Both the position numbers and the translations under genes were made by a program. Of a DNA stretch of 64,000 nucleotides, positions 1 through 16,096 are shown piece after piece. How positions within the stretch are numbered: the first letter of the stretch is position 1; each line of letters begins with the position of its first letter. Location: assembly GCA_043228905.1 (NCBI GenBank), contig JBHGNT010000004.1:2976001-3040000 (forward strand), read 5' to 3'. The notes beneath the pieces are model-generated. The model ran no database searches. It was not told where the DNA came from and was given only the letters and a program-made list of their open reading frames with translations. The DNA is from Azolla caroliniana (lineage: Eukaryota > Plantae > Polypodiophyta).

Positions 1-16
1 ACTCATTTTTCTACAG

Positions 17-1693
<1,677 letters not shown>

Positions 1694-2119
1694 TGCAAAT
1701 TTTGGGATCCAAAGAAGTGCTTCAGAATATTCTGTGAAATATATTGTAAGCTAAGAAATCAGAACGTAATTATGTGATTTTTGAAGAAGTTGAAAAGGAA
1801 TTTTTGCTTTGGAAGTAATAAAAATTTCAATGATATTCTAATTCTTCGTAAAACAAACAAGGCATCATTTTTTGGAATCACACCTTTACTCAACCGACCA
1901 CCCCTTGGAGTTAAACCATTAGAAATTTGATCATCAACATACAAATATTATGTCCAAACTTGGAGAAACTTCATACATCTGAATTATTTTTCTAAATACA
2001 ATTTTAGCCTTATCCAATAGCCCTGAATGGCTGCATGAACTGAGTACGCCTCACAATGTTACCTCATCTAAAAAGATTCCCAAAACTTCCATGGATTCAA
2101 ACAATTCATTGCCTTATGG

Positions 2120-2800
2120 CTCAAAGAAATTTGTGTGTCGCCTTACTAAGAAGGGATATTCGTACTTCAAAGCACCAAGTTTTGATGTGTGAATAAGGCA
2201 TACAGATATTAGCCAACCTTCTAGGTGTTCTCTTTAGTGCAACACTCAAGTCATCACTGCCTCTTAATATATCATCATAGCTTTCACGAATTGTACTATA
2301 ATACAAGTGATACTCATCCTCTACTAGCCCTTCCTTGCATACCTTACATGCCTTTATGTTTGGTTGATTTTGATGCCATAATGCATAACTTACTAGCCCT
2401 ACCTCTCTACTAGGTTGTGTGATCAAGTGGGAAAGAGTATTAGGTCTTTGCAAGAGTTAATACTAATGCTAGAAATGATGTAAGGTAATGTAATATCCTA
2501 ATTTTGTCCTTTTGACATCTTTCCACTTCTTCCTTAGTGGTTCCATTAATCTTTCCTCAATAACTACGTATTTCATAGCATCACTTGAAAGCTCTAAGAT
2601 ATCTTCCACATCCCCATCTTTTGTACCATTTTTTGATGTCAGCTACCCAACTAGATGAGAGAATTTTATGCTTTTGATTGTTTTGTAGTTTACATCCAAC
2701 ATTCCAAGCAAGATGTGGTAATCTATGATTTGACATACTCTATATACTCTCTGTAGTGCCAATATCTCTATAGGTTGAACACTTGTTTCCAAGAGGTAGT
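2120..2800 (-). mobile_element. Decayed non-LTR retrotransposon (LINE) 3' fragment
   Basis: Frameshifted minus-strand peptides LLETSVQPIEILALQRVYR, SSWVADIKKWYKRWG and CKVCKEGLVEDEYHL..YSTIRESY resemble the post-RT region and C-terminal CxxC..EDExH zinc knuckle of LINE ORF2. Boundaries are approximate. Confidence 0.6.
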
Positions 2801-2941
2801 GGTGGTGGTGGTGTGTGTCAATCCCATGCACCTCACAGAAGCACTTCCGTCAATTGATGGAGTTTTTCCTCCTGTCGATGTCGTTTGATTGGGGATCGGA
2901 CCGGCATATACCCTATTGGTGGCAAACCGGGTGGAGGTAGT

Positions 2942-3394
2942 TGTTAAATACCCTTCAGCCGCTAACTCACTTTACAATGTATGATTAATACTAATATCTC
3001 TCTCACACTTTCTCACTTATTCTCTTAAACAAGATAGAAACAAAGTATATATTTTATTTCACCACTCTTACAAAGAGGTCTAGCATCAACAAGGAAAAAC
3101 AATTGATATTATTTCACTAAACACTATCGTAATCTCTCTTGAGGTTTTGATTATAAAGAAGGAGAGCAGTCTTAGCATTCTAATCACTAGGAGATTCGTA
3201 AGAATGAAGAGGAAGCTAAAAAGTCACTACAAGGTGGCTTTTATAGCGTTTACATCATAAGTGCGGTCGTTGCACACTAGGTTGTCCATTGGCTAAATTT
3301 ATTCCCCTTTTGTATATTTTCTTAGTTGCTCAGTATCCTTTGTTGATGCACTCTTCTTCACAACCAGTGTGTGTTGCATTCCAAACGCTTAACA
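2942..3394. mobile_element. Candidate solo LTR (453 bp)
   Basis: Termini are TGTTAA...TTAACA (TG..CA with a 6-bp inverted repeat) and the interior is non-coding. The flanks match only imperfectly (TAGT versus TGGT), so no TSD is established. Confidence 0.35.
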
Positions 3395-4512
3395 TGGTGT
3401 GGGTGTGTTGAGTAGAAGGGCGGTGTAAACCCATAATTGCTAAACTATTGAAATTTTGATTACTATGTAGAACAAGAGTTTTCAATTCCCTAGTCCATGC
3501 ATTTCCCATGACTTCTCGAATACATAGAGCAGTTCACAATCTCTTATTGCTTTCTGTATGTGGTTGAAAATCTTTTACTTGTACATGATATTCAGAATTA
3601 CAAAAAAAATATGAATTTGCCCTTCCTAACATGAAGGTTCATGTTTAAATGAGGAAAAAGAAAGGTTTCTGGCCTTGAGAAACAACTTCCGACTTCCTTG
3701 GTACTTTTGAAGAGCATCCTCATACTAAATATTCAGAGTTGATAAGTCATTTTGTCTTTATCCATTACACCATCGATCTTTGATCTTTAAACTTTAATTC
3801 TCTTTTGATATTCTTGTATCCATTACAAGGGCAGCACAGGCCTTCTCCACTTTGGAATATGGGACAGTTTCATGGATTCAAAGAAGTGAAATACACTCTC
3901 AACTCCATATAAAGAGTTTGTAGCTAGTTATGCTTACATTCATCTTCGCAAGGAACTTCATGTCTGAGGGAAAAAAATCCACGAGAATGGGGACAACAAA
4001 CAAAGAAAGACTTTAACATCTACAAAGACTTGATCCATCCCATATTAATTGGGCCAAACTCAAAATCCTTTTGCCACATTCTATCTAGAAAACACATACA
4101 ATCAAATGGCAGAAATATATTCACTACACACTCCAAACAGAAAAAAACTCACATAAATGTACCTCCAATGCACTTCTTTGTATGGAAGAATTTTGAGGTT
4201 AAAAGATTCAATGATTAAAAAATTATTCCACAGTGACTAATATAGCAGCTTTCGTATTCTACACAGTTCTGCTCTTTTGAAATTCGCAAATGAGTAGGAA
4301 ATAATTTCTCTAGGTCAGTAAAAAAAATTTATATTTATACATACAAAGTGGTAGCTTCAGTATATACGTCAATTTCCACCTATGCCAATTATTCAATCAA
4401 ATAATACATGAAATAATGTAATGTCCGTTGTAAAGTTATGTCTGTAGTAAAGTTTTCCAAACTGTACAAAAGTAAGTCGTTCAAGAAATGAAGTATAAAT
4501 AATAAATTATTT

Positions 4513-7500
4513 TCAGTGTAGGAAAAGTTTCCTCACAACTTGTACTTGCTGCCTACACAATGGACAGGATGCCTTCTTGTTTTTTAAAATCCTGGAATAA
4601 AAGAGGGGTATTGTATTAGTCTTTAGATATACAGAAAATAAATACAGGCATGGATTGTGTAAGGTCACATAATCACTACAACAAATAAAAACAAAATCGT
4701 AGAAGCTGTAGTAATGTAAGGCAGGGAAACTCACTTCTTACTGCATGAATAGCATGTAGCACAATGCCCACATGGATCAAAAAAGCAATTTCTGCGTTGG
4801 TCAAAACATATTATACACATGAAATCTTCCACAGCTTCAGAATCTTCCAATTCCGTGTCTGGAGACAATAGAGATGAGGTCTCTGATTGTTTAGATCTAT
4901 CCACTTTATCTTCCTCTACAAAAATCACAGGAACAGAAGCTTCTACGGAAAAAGATTCATTGTTTGGTTGGGAGGTTTCCATCTCTTGGGAAGACGGCCT
5001 ACAAAAAATGTACAAGACCAACATAACAAAGCCCATTGCACCTGCAAAATGTGCCCTTATATTAGTATGGCATAAATACGTGAAAGTCCACAACCACTTG
5101 GAACTGCTATTATTACCCCAGAAGAACATGTAAGTAAGCCATCTCTGTTCAAATGTAATGTCCACACTCCAACTATATATATCTTCTTGTGCCAACCTTG
5201 AAAGTGTTAATGAATTTTTATGCTCGATCACCTGGACACAGTAATAACCGGGTAACTCCTCAATATGCCTGAAAAACTATTACAGGTAATCTTATATCTA
5301 TCAGAGAAAAATGGCAGGATTCACTGGTGGGACTCTGGAGTCTGTATATTGATAAAGGGTGAGACCTAACAAGCAGGATTTTAGTTAAATACACCCAAAA
5401 TTGATAAGTTTGTTTGAGAGCATCATTTGTGAACAAGCAAGATCTGTAGAAAACTTGGAAAAGTAATATCGTAAGATTAAGTAAGCTTTTTAGAGAGGTC
5501 CCCGGACAAACAAAAAATGGTCCATGAAAGTCAATTGACATTTGCTTTGGATGCTGGGTACTTCTCATCTCCAAAAAAACAGATGACGAAGATGGAACAC
5601 AAGATAAGCAGTATATAAAGGACCCATCCTTCTGAAGTATATGGCTAAGAAGTTTAAAGTTCAAAGTAGGGATCCGAAGCATAGTGTGCAAGGAAAAATA
5701 TGATAAACGCCGAGGGAGAATTGATAGAAAAAGGCAAAGAAATAAGAAGATGGAATGCGGTATTGGAATTTATGATTGTACCTGCAAGGCTGAAGCAATG
5801 ATGGAAGACATGTGGACAAAGACTAGAGATGAGGAAGTCAAATATTGAAGTAGCCTGAATCTTCCTGTTTGAATTTGTTACATTTGCAGCTACGAGATTA
5901 TCTGTTTTGGATGCAAAGACGTGCGTGGGCAACAAAAGACAAAAATAGAATTTGCTTGCTTGATGTTTAGCATTAGCAGGAGGGATTTTTGGTTGACATG
6001 GCATCCCAGATAGCCAAACCACAAATGGGGAAATCCTAAATGAGGGGAATAACTACATCCAAAATGTAATCTGACCTAGATGTAACCACAATCGAGATCA
6101 GGTCATGTATGACAAATAGAGGTAGCACAGCAAAGCAGTTGATAGAATTTTAATGAATCACAAAATATATTCACATAAAGTATCTTTACCTGAAATGTTT
6201 TTGTGGTCAAGAGAAGCACATCAGAGCCAAGAAAATCAAGATGTACTTCACAAGTCATTGATGTACATATTGATTTGTAAGCATCCGTATCATGTAATTT
6301 GCTTCTAACAGTGATATTCACATCAGCCTACACAAAAATTGAGACATAAATCTAAGTTCTACAAGAAAGAACAAAAATTGAATTTTAAAGGAATATTTTA
6401 TACCTCTGCAACTTCAGAATTTGGGTTTAGAAAAGAAAAAAGGTATCTTTCATTCATCCCTACATGATATTGAATGTCTCCCGTGCCTAACTAAACAGTA
6501 AATGAATCATCAAAGCACTAAATACGGAAAGAAAAATCACCGGAGATAAACATGATTTAAAACTCAACCTTGAACAGTTTTCCGAGAGGATGCTATATCA
6601 ATATCACTTGGATCTTGAAGCCATTTTCGCATTTTCTCCTCCCCTGTGCACTTCATGTCAACACAATAAATCTGACATGTAAAGGCTCTACCTTGCATAT
6701 TCACTTGCATATTTTATTATAGCACAGGAATGTATTACTTCAAAGAACATAAAAAAGAACCCACGCTTGCATTAGCACATGGCAGACATACTGGGGTTAT
6801 ATAAATGTTGGCACCTATCTCGCAATTAAAAAGTTGCATGCTATAAAAACCTAGCAGACAAAATCAGAATCCTGGATAAAGCAGAAAACAAAGCCTTCAT
6901 GTACAACTCCATAAAGTCAGATCTATCTGAAAAAAAGCAGTACTGGTAAAAGGCAAGCAGAGTCTCAAAAAGTTGACAGAACAAAACAAACTCAAGGACT
7001 GATATACTGAACTGTGCCTCCTTAAAAAAGGAGAGTCAATGTCAAGAAGTTGTTGAATGCGGAAGTTTCCTAGGGGGCACTGTTTCAAACGAAACACGTC
7101 GAAGTATTTTTTAAACGACATTATATGGCCAATTTCCTTTGTTTTCCCTTCACACTAGTATAACGTACAATATTGTGGGGTTAAGAACTTCGTGTGCATG
7201 TGTGTGAAAGAGTAATATATGAGAAACATAATAAATCAATATTAGTGTCCACCCGATATTGGCATATGGGACGGAACTACTACATCAAGTATCTACTATA
7301 TTCCACTTTGGGCAATAATTACTAAAATGAGTAATGACAGGAAAAAAGAGTAAACATCTATAGAAAATTTAATCAAAGTCAAAGAGGGATGGGAGAATTT
7401 TAAATACGAAGTCAAAAATATGTAGATTTCAAATACAATTTAAATAAAAAAAACTCAACTATACATTAATACATAGGAGAATGCAAATCTAAATTACACG

Positions 7501-10500
7501 AACTAGGTGCAATGGCACTCTATGTTACATACGCTAATCAATTAAATTGCATGGATGAGATACATTGATTACACAATTCTGAACATAATTTCATGCATAA
7601 CATGCACTAGGTGCAATGGGACTCTACGTTACATAAGCTAATCAATTAAATTGCATGCATGAGATACATTGATTACACAATTCTGAACATAATTTCACCT
7701 ACACTTTGAATGGAAATATGAAGGTTTGTGGCTTACCAGCTATAACTACAAATGCCAGCTCTTGTCTTGAATCTGAAATGTTGTACTGAATTGTCACTTG
7801 AGAACCCATATTAAGCCAGAAATCCCACCCCTGTTCACATTATAATGAGAAATAAGCAAATAATTCTCAGAGATATATACAATAATGATAAGACCTAGCT
7901 AGGAGTTTGACCTTACAAGAAAGGAAATTCTGAGAGAGAGACGAAAACATGCATATGCATATTTATATTTGCACAGAACCTATCTCCACTATCCCATCAA
8001 TAGTTTATAAGCCAAATTAGACAATAGTTAATCCAAGTCCAAGATCAAGACTCATTTCTCAATGTTTTTCTATTCATCGGCATTAAGAGGGCACTCAATT
8101 CAAAGAGTCAAATGTTTTTTCTCATCAACATGCTGACACACAACTCATCTTAGATAATCACCAATGAGCCCACATAGTAATCTACTATCACTCCACCACA
8201 TGTTGTGTATTTGCTCCTTTCCAAATTTCTACTGTACTTCTATTTCTACTGTGGAGTCTGTTGCATGCTTCTCCTGGGCGACCCCATGCACATGCAGCTT
8301 CATGCCATATTTTTCTTTGCATGCACTTGGGGCACCTCAACAGACTCCACATATTTCCACCCATTTTTCTGCCCTTCTCTATTTGCTCCACTCTTGCTTG
8401 ATTGTCCATTATACAACTCCACATAAAATATCTGCCCCGCTTATCTTGCCCATCTTTCTCACACTGGTTTATCATCCCTCTTTAAATTTCCTTTGAGGAT
8501 GACCTTTGATCACCTGGCAGAAATTCAGAGGCAAGAGCATTTTTCTCATCGTCAAGCTCCTCTTTCTATTTACTGTAGGAAAGGACACCAGCAGCTTTCT
8601 TGAAGCTAGGGGCATTAGACTTGTTACAGCATCCCGCAAAGGATACTGCAATTTACCATACTCAGAAAAGGGTAGCTTTGCCTTTAATAATATGCAGGTC
8701 ATGTACTTGGTCCCAGTGCTTTGATAAACTTCCACAAATCCAGCAGAATATGAGTTATGGAATTACAATACTCCAACTTGAGCTTCACAGGTTCCCAGAT
8801 ATACCACAGTAGGATAATGGATACCATAAAGGGAATAATATCACTTGGGAGTCATTGCCAATTCTTCACAATATCATGGAAGAACAATGAGAATTCGCAT
8901 ATCTACATTGTGATACATCATTTCTTGCTGAGCTTTTTCGAGGTCATGGATAAGGCATATAAAACTATTAATGCATTTTACAATATGTGAATCAATGTCA
9001 TTTTTCTTTAATGTTGACTTCCTTAGACAAATAAGACGTTAAACTAATGAATGGAAAAGAACCAAGCAAACCCAAAAAGTAAAGCAACCTGTATTACTTC
9101 TTTGAAATTTCATTTATTGGGTCATGCGAGAAGACTTTTGTGATATTTTATTCATGGTTTTCATTCTGCATTATGTACGTATCTCTGTACGTAAGGCAAA
9201 ATAATTTGTTCAAGTCCATGAAGAAAAGATAGTTTTGTGAAAATACTTCCAAGAGAATATCTGTAAGAAAAACAAACCTGATACCCTCCATACAGAACAG
9301 TCATATCATAGGCTTCTGTCCAGGTCATTTCTTTATTCAACTGTGGGGTTTTTGGTAGCCCATAAATAATGAGACCTTGATTTTGTAACTCACTTGTAAC
9401 CTGACAATAAAAATCAATTTGGAGGCCAGGTTGTAAATAATTGTTATGTACAAAAACAACGAAATTTTCTTGTGAAGAAAGAAATATGAAGAAAATTTGC
9501 TTGCCTTGATTCGCGTCACAAATAACGAATTGGCTCTATATAGAAGGGAAACATTTCTTCCAAAATGCACATTCTCAGTTGCATAAAAGCTAAACAAGAT
9601 CCATAAAGATCCTGAAATATTATAGAGCCCCAAATTCAGCATTCTTAAATCAGTTTTAAATGTTGATAAAAAAAACTAATGCTGTAAGATCTGAAAATAA
9701 GGAATGTGATACACCTCTAGAAATTATGCAGCATTTTCTGCTGTCAAATTATTCTATGAAGAGTATTTTGCTGATGTATAAATTGAATTTTGAGATAGAG
9801 AAACATCTATGTGTATTGAAGTCTAAGTATTGATAAATAAGTTTTCCCACCAATCTGAGCTAGAGAGGTTCATGAAACTTCACTAATTTTAGAAGAGTAG
9901 AACAAGTAGTCAAAGAGCTTTACTACATCAAAACCAACCCAGCAATTTTCAAATTTACTTCCACCACAGTTTACTATCAATTTGAATCCACAAGCCATGT
10001 TCAATTTTACCTTTAAATTATGAAAACGGAAACATCTTCAAATATACGAATCCTTATCATTCTTACAAGAAAAGTTCATTAATGAAAGGTCCTTTCTTCA
10101 TTGAACCGTTCGGTCTTCCCACTCACATCCTACATATCCTCGCCTCGCCGATGCTTGCCACTCCGAATACACACAATCCATAACACTTCTCATATCTAAA
10201 CTAGCTAACCTTTTTTGGATAGCATCCCCCCCCAAGTAGCTATTTCATTTCTTTGAAGGATCTCGAAATTCTGAGTGGAGAAATAAGCAGGAAGAATGTT
10301 CTTCCAGGATCAATCCTCATAATTGAACAAGCCTCGCAATCTTGACGAGGTCGGTCTCTCAGCCACAGGCATAGCAAGAAAAAGATTGGGATAGGTAAAA
10401 AAAAGGTCCTCCCTCGGAATCGGACATGAGTGTTTCCCCTCATCCAGCTCGAATAGCTTTATCTAAACGCAAAAATTTGTTTGAGGGTAATTTAAAATTT

Positions 10501-11560
10501 TGTTTGACAGTGTGATGGGTTCTTGGGACGACATAGCGCTCCCACCCCATCAATTCTGTTTCTGTTTCTCTTGCTTTTCCCAATGGACAGCATCAAAAGG
10601 CTGTGGAGCAACATCTCTTAGTGTAAAATAGGAAACTATATTTTCCTTCCCTTTTTGTTATGAATTTCCATGTAATGATTTCAATCACTCGCCCATGATC
10701 CTTCTCTCTCCTCTCCTATGCAGTGATTTTATTTATATATTTATTCCTCTCTCCTCTCCCATGTAATGATTTGTTCTTTCTCTCCTCCTCTCCCATGTCA
10801 TGACATCTATCTATCTATCACTTTTTCTGTTACTAATCCTTAATGCGCACACTGAAACTTTGTTTCATTTCTCTTCTCATCGAACATAATGACTATTAAT
10901 TTCACCTCCTCTCTCTTACTAATCCTTAGTAGTGCAAGCAGTGAATCCTCATTACAACACTCTCCCATGTGATGATTTGCATCATTTATTGATTTGTTCC
11001 TTCTCTCTCCTACAATCACATGTAATAATTTAGCACTTTATTTCTCTGTCTTACAAATGCTTACTGCAAGCTGTGAAGCTCCATTACCAAAGGGAACATA
11101 ATTGACAAGATCCATAATGATTTTTTCCTTTGTCGAATTGTAGATGAGACATATAAGAAATTCTGTTTTCTTTCAAAGGAAATCGTACAAATTCAATAAA
11201 TCCCCATGAAAGTGATGTTTCCAAATGAAAAACTAAATTTTTTATCAGAGATGAAAAAACATAAACACAAAGGACGATAGACACTCGATGATGAACACAA
11301 TTACATAAAGGATACTTATGAAGAGAAAAGAACGGATGCTTACCAATGAATAGCAAAAAGTATGACAAACCACAGAAAAGAATCGAATACAGATAAGGGG
11401 TGCAATACAATGGACTTCTCCGTGGAACCGACCGAATTCTGTTCAGACGGGAAACATAAGGTCTTCGAGGAGGATAACAAAAAGTTGCCGAAGAAGAAGC
11501 CGGCAAGAAAGAAGAAGATGAATCCGAAGGAGAGACAGACTTGAAGTTGCTCTGTGCCAT
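4513..11560 (-). CDS. APD1-4-like transmembrane RING-HC (C3HC4) E3 ubiquitin ligase, about 445 aa
   Basis: Exons 11344-11560, 9505-9611, 9278-9400, 7737-7830, 6569-6643, 6404-6486, 6190-6327, 5117-5231, 4735-5041 and 4513-4591 total 1338 nt in frame. The protein has two hydrophobic segments, an APD-type WDFWLNMGSQVTIQY motif, and a C-terminal RING CIICFDQRRNCFFDPCGHCATCYSC...CPLCR. The start codon is the least certain part. Confidence 0.88.
5450..5720 (-). mobile_element. Possible decayed Ty3/gypsy integrase-region fragment in an APD intron
   Basis: Frameshifted YASDPYF, QKDGSFIY..CVPSSS and QMSIDFHGPF loosely resemble the gypsy YxxDxxF..DGLLY..CVP and SMDFIxxLP motifs. Confidence 0.3.
7502..7697. 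repeat. Tandem duplication with 104-bp period in an APD intron
   Basis: ACTAGGTGCAATGG...CTGAACATAATTTCA starts at both 7502 and 7606, with only a few substitutions. Confidence 0.9.
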
Positions 11561-11564
11561 ATAC

Positions 11565-11607
<43 letters not shown>

Positions 11608-12634
11608 GATATGTATTTTTCGGTGTCAGAGTATCAAGTCACAGTGTGTTGATGGTGCATATCCATAGATAGATCGATATTCTTCCATATCAGAGAATGT
11701 TGCAAGCTCATTCCTCTTTCTTTTCTCTCTTTCAATATCATTCAAGCTATAGATGAGAATGAAGAATGGAGATAGAAATGGATACCGTGCTGAAAGACAC
11801 AACGCGATCTTTGCCGCCCTGGATTTGTCTACGTGCACTTTAACACGTCAGGAAATTGTCTCAGAGAACGAGAGCTCGCCACGATTACTCTCAGAAAGAC
11901 ACAGAGGAGAGATCTTATTACAGTTTTTTTTTTCTTTTTTTTTTCTGTGAGTTTCAATTTTAATATCAAAAAAGGAAGAAATAAAAGGAACAGAGTGTGC
12001 CCATTTTTTTTGCGTGTAAAGTTTTTTCTTTTTTGCTCCCCTGTAAAACGACAGGAAATATAAAGCAAAAAATGATCTTCTATCAATCTCATACATACAT
12101 ACATATATTACTGAATAAAGTCTCAAAAAACAGAGTAAAATAAAAGGGAAAGGAAATTGCATTTTCTCTGATTTTTTCCACCTATTTCATTTTCTAGTTC
12201 CATTTCTATTAGTAGTTGTAATTTGGAATTTGAATTGAATAATAATTAACCTAATTGAATGTTTTTATCTACTTATGACGTCTTTTGTCCCCACTGTCTT
12301 ACTTACTGAGTGTGACGGAGAGAATCGACTCACACTTATATGCTTTCCTATAAATACTTAAACTTTCGCCAACTGTATGTGCACCGCCATCATGATATGT
12401 TCTATCTTAAATGGTCCTTTGCTTTAGGTTAATTATTATTTGGGTCAAATGAGTTGGAGTGGTCCATTGGGAGAAGCTTCAAAATAAGCCACAAACTCCA
12501 TACTATCTCCGAAATCGGCCACGAATATGCTCAAGGGCCAAGCGCGAATGACTTTGTCGAAGGCAAGGACCAATCTCGAATTCTTAGTCGGTCGTTCTCT
12601 TGAGCGCTAGTGGGTGGCTTTGTTGTGCCCAAAG

Positions 12635-13251
12635 TGTTGAGAATCGTCCCGGCCACAACCGGTTAATACGTATGCGAATGCGGGTGCAAAGATCGAGAAT
12701 GACAATATGCAGACAAACAGAAAACAGAAATACTGAGACATGAGGATATTTTACGTGGAAAACTCGGAAGGGATAAACCACTGGAGTCCACAAATTCCAA
12801 ACAGAATCACTCTGATGGAAGATGTACAACAAGAAGCTTCAAGGCAATAACCTTGAGCTCTTCTTCGTCACATACGGCTATGGAGTTACACACACACACT
12901 CCCACTTGAATTACTCACACAGATTACAGCTCTAAACAATGATAACTAACTCTTCAACAACTCACTCTCCTTCTAACTACTTGCCCTAAGTATATTTATA
13001 CTCGTATACAAGTTGGGCTATTTACAAATATAGCCCATTAAGGGCACAATGAGGTTATTTACAATTAAAGCCCCGAGTCGGCTTCGACCAATTTGACTAT
13101 TAGCCGAATCGATTCGGATTTGATTATTCGACCATGACCGAATTGAACAATCGGTTTGATTTTTCGGCCTCGACCAAGTTGTTGTCAACTAATTCGGTCC
13201 TTTCTTTGACTCGTGCTCCTCTTCCCATCATGGGGGACATGTTTCCTAACA
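12635..13251 (-). mobile_element. Solo LTR (617 bp), Copia-like, with 5-bp TSD
   Basis: It begins TGTTGAGAA and ends TTCCTAACA. CAAAG flanks both sides (12630-12634 and 13252-13256). The internal TTTACGTGGAAAACTC...AAACCAC tract resembles reverse-orientation Copia LTRs, so the strand is inferred. Confidence 0.85.
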
Positions 13252-13299
13252 CAAAGGAACAACATTTGCCTCTCTTTTTTGTGCTTGGTTGAGGATCAA

Positions 13300-15720
13300 A
13301 GTTGCTTGCTTGTTGCAACTCTTAGCAAAACTTTTGAGGACATCCACAACATTTAATCGCTTTCGATGCGACACATTCCAATTTCTCGGGCTAGTCCTTT
13401 GTAGTTCATTATCACAGAAAGCAATCTTCTATTTTGTGATGTTGAGACTTAAGTTTGATTAGAAGCAAAGTCATTTATGTTCATTGATTGTTGGATGACG
13501 ATGAAGATTTGTCAACATGGCACAAGCGTGTTAGCTAATACCAACATAGTAATATCAAAAACATTGAAATTTTTGTTAATATACCTCATGTTTTGGTTTT
13601 GCTTATGATGACAAATTTGCTAGCTGAGTTGCTTTATGCAAACATGTTTGACATGTTGTGAGTGAAACATTTGTCAAGTTGTTTTAGTGTATTTCTATGA
13701 TGGCTCTTTGCAGCTTGGATCATACATACATCCACATCATTTGTTGTTTGAAGGTCTACGTTGATGGTGTCAATTTTTGAAGTGTAGTGTAGAGAAGAAA
13801 GGAAGTCAGCATGTCCGCAAATATGGCATTTTGCTTGATGCTCAGTGGCATTGAAACATGACATCCTCTTGCTCATTGGATTCATCCTCGTTGCTTGAAT
13901 AGTCCATGTGTGCATGGCTTATTGCAAATGTTTGAGAAAATCATTTTGTAAAAGACCTAATTTGCTCTTTAGAAACATTGTTGCCCTATTTTGGGGACGT
14001 TAATAATTTTGTGGCCTATTTTTAATCCTTCTCCCATGTTTTTAATCTCTTCTAAATTCACTTATTCTATCCTAAGCACTTCATGATTCTATTCTCGACT
14101 TAATACACATATCTTATCTCAAGGCTTTTTTACCTCTTCTTTATTCACCTCTCATAACTTGATTTGCTACCTCTTCTTTGATCCACTTCATTGTTTAATA
14201 TTCCTCCTTTACATATTGCTAGTTGTAGTGAAGTTAAATTTGAAATAATCATAGAATAAGTCCATATATTAATCATATTTCTAAATTCCTTCAATGAATT
14301 TATTGTGTTGTCTTCTACAAAGCAAAGTTGTTATGTTTCATCTTTTACTCTTTTTGTTGTGGAAAATGAATTTGTCATGTAAAGTTTCCGAGAGAAAAGT
14401 GTCGGACCATGGGATCTAATAAGTACTTCAAGATTGAACATATATGAAACTTGTCATCATGACACTTACCCATAACTTTATACTAACACATCATAAGCTT
14501 CTCCACTAAACCATTCTTTTCAGGCATCTACTTTATAGCGACAATTGATGTATCTATCAAGGCCATGATGTTGCATGTCACCTCTTGCTTATATAAACTC
14601 TTGATGTTGCATGTCACCTCTTGATGTTGCATCTACCTTAATTCATCCTTGGGTTCTTTATTTATCAAGAAATTTAGATCTTTTCTAGGAATGGTTTGCC
14701 TATTTGCCTATCTCAATGTTGTTTTATACAATGAACAATGCAATACATGTTTGAAGACTATCTGAGAATGCCAATCATTTGGCACAAACATATTCCCTTT
14801 CAATTTTTGGGGTACAATGTTTCGTCCTCTAGCACTAGAGCTTCCATTGCACTCTATTAACACCCAATCATATTTAGGGATCTCACACTTAATCATCTTT
14901 TACCCTTGATACCATAACTTCATTGACACATCTCTTGTTATTAATAAAACAAGGTTTATGTCAAGCCTATAGGTTGCAAAGAGCATGCACATAGATTTAT
15001 GGAAGTCATTGGAAGTATGGTTTATGTCAAGACAATGAAAGTGCAATAGCCTCAAGCATGCAATGCATCAAAACTATATAATGTTGACTAGACAAGTTCT
15101 AGTAACATAAGGGCATAAACTAGGGTTAACTAAGAAATTGATTAGATTCAAAGAAAGCCATGTTCATGTAAGTAGCCTAAGCTAAGAAATGCCATGTTTT
15201 TATAGTGGAAATTCAATGTTATATCTCCTTCACAAAGACTACCCCAAGACAAATATAGGATTACCTTATGGATAAGGACTCCAATTATATTTGTGCCCTT
15301 ACGTACCTCATGGAGGTTGATCATTTGTGGGGTAATACGAGTGGTGCACTCCACTACACACTTGTCAGATGTAAGAAAACATTGATTGCCACATGTGCAC
15401 TCCATTACAAAGGTGAAGTGGTGGCCCTAGGAGATACCCTAATAGATGAAAGACTAGGGTGCCCCAACCAGAGAGGGTGAATAGTGATTAATGAGCATTC
15501 CAATAAAAGAATTCCTTAATAGGATATCACATGTTCAAAGTGGGAATAATGTACAGTCCATCATGGTCAAAAAAATCTCCAAGCCGAGTACATTAGGAGT
15601 TTAGGGGTTTGACAAGAGTAAAACACCCTTTGGGGATAGAAATGAGAGTATGTTAGTGGCCAAGTGAAAGAGTAATAGTCAAGCTTGTAAGAGGAGTCAA
15701 ATGAATAGAGAAAGCTGATG
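13300..15720. mobile_element. Probable highly decayed LTR-retrotransposon remnant(s)
   Basis: There is no intact ORF. LTR-end-like motifs TGTTTTGGTTTTGCTTATGATGACAAA (about 13589) and TGAAAGACTAGGGTG...AGAGAGGGTGAATAG (about 15447) are present. Boundaries are uncertain. Confidence 0.3.
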
Positions 15721-16096
15721 ATCCCACCGCGTGCAGAGAATACATGCATGTGTGTGTGTGCGCGCGCGCGTGTGTGTTATTATGAAGCATTTGTAATGCT
15801 GGTATCTCACTCCAGGGAGCTTTCACTGACAATATTATGAATATAAAGGAGATATATTTGTGTGAATCACCATAGAAGTAGACTTGCTAAGCCTTGGCTG
15901 CTGACCAGACATAGGCATTGACCAGACACCACCTCTGATTGGCAGCATTATATTGCTAGTTTCGGCATCCCGAACAAGCAAAAATCAGTTCATTATCATA
16001 TGACACTGGCAATGAGGTGGATTAAATAAGGGCATCTCTTTAATCCCTCGAGCACAAGCTGATGAATTTCAGGCCAGATGTGAGAGACGGACACAC

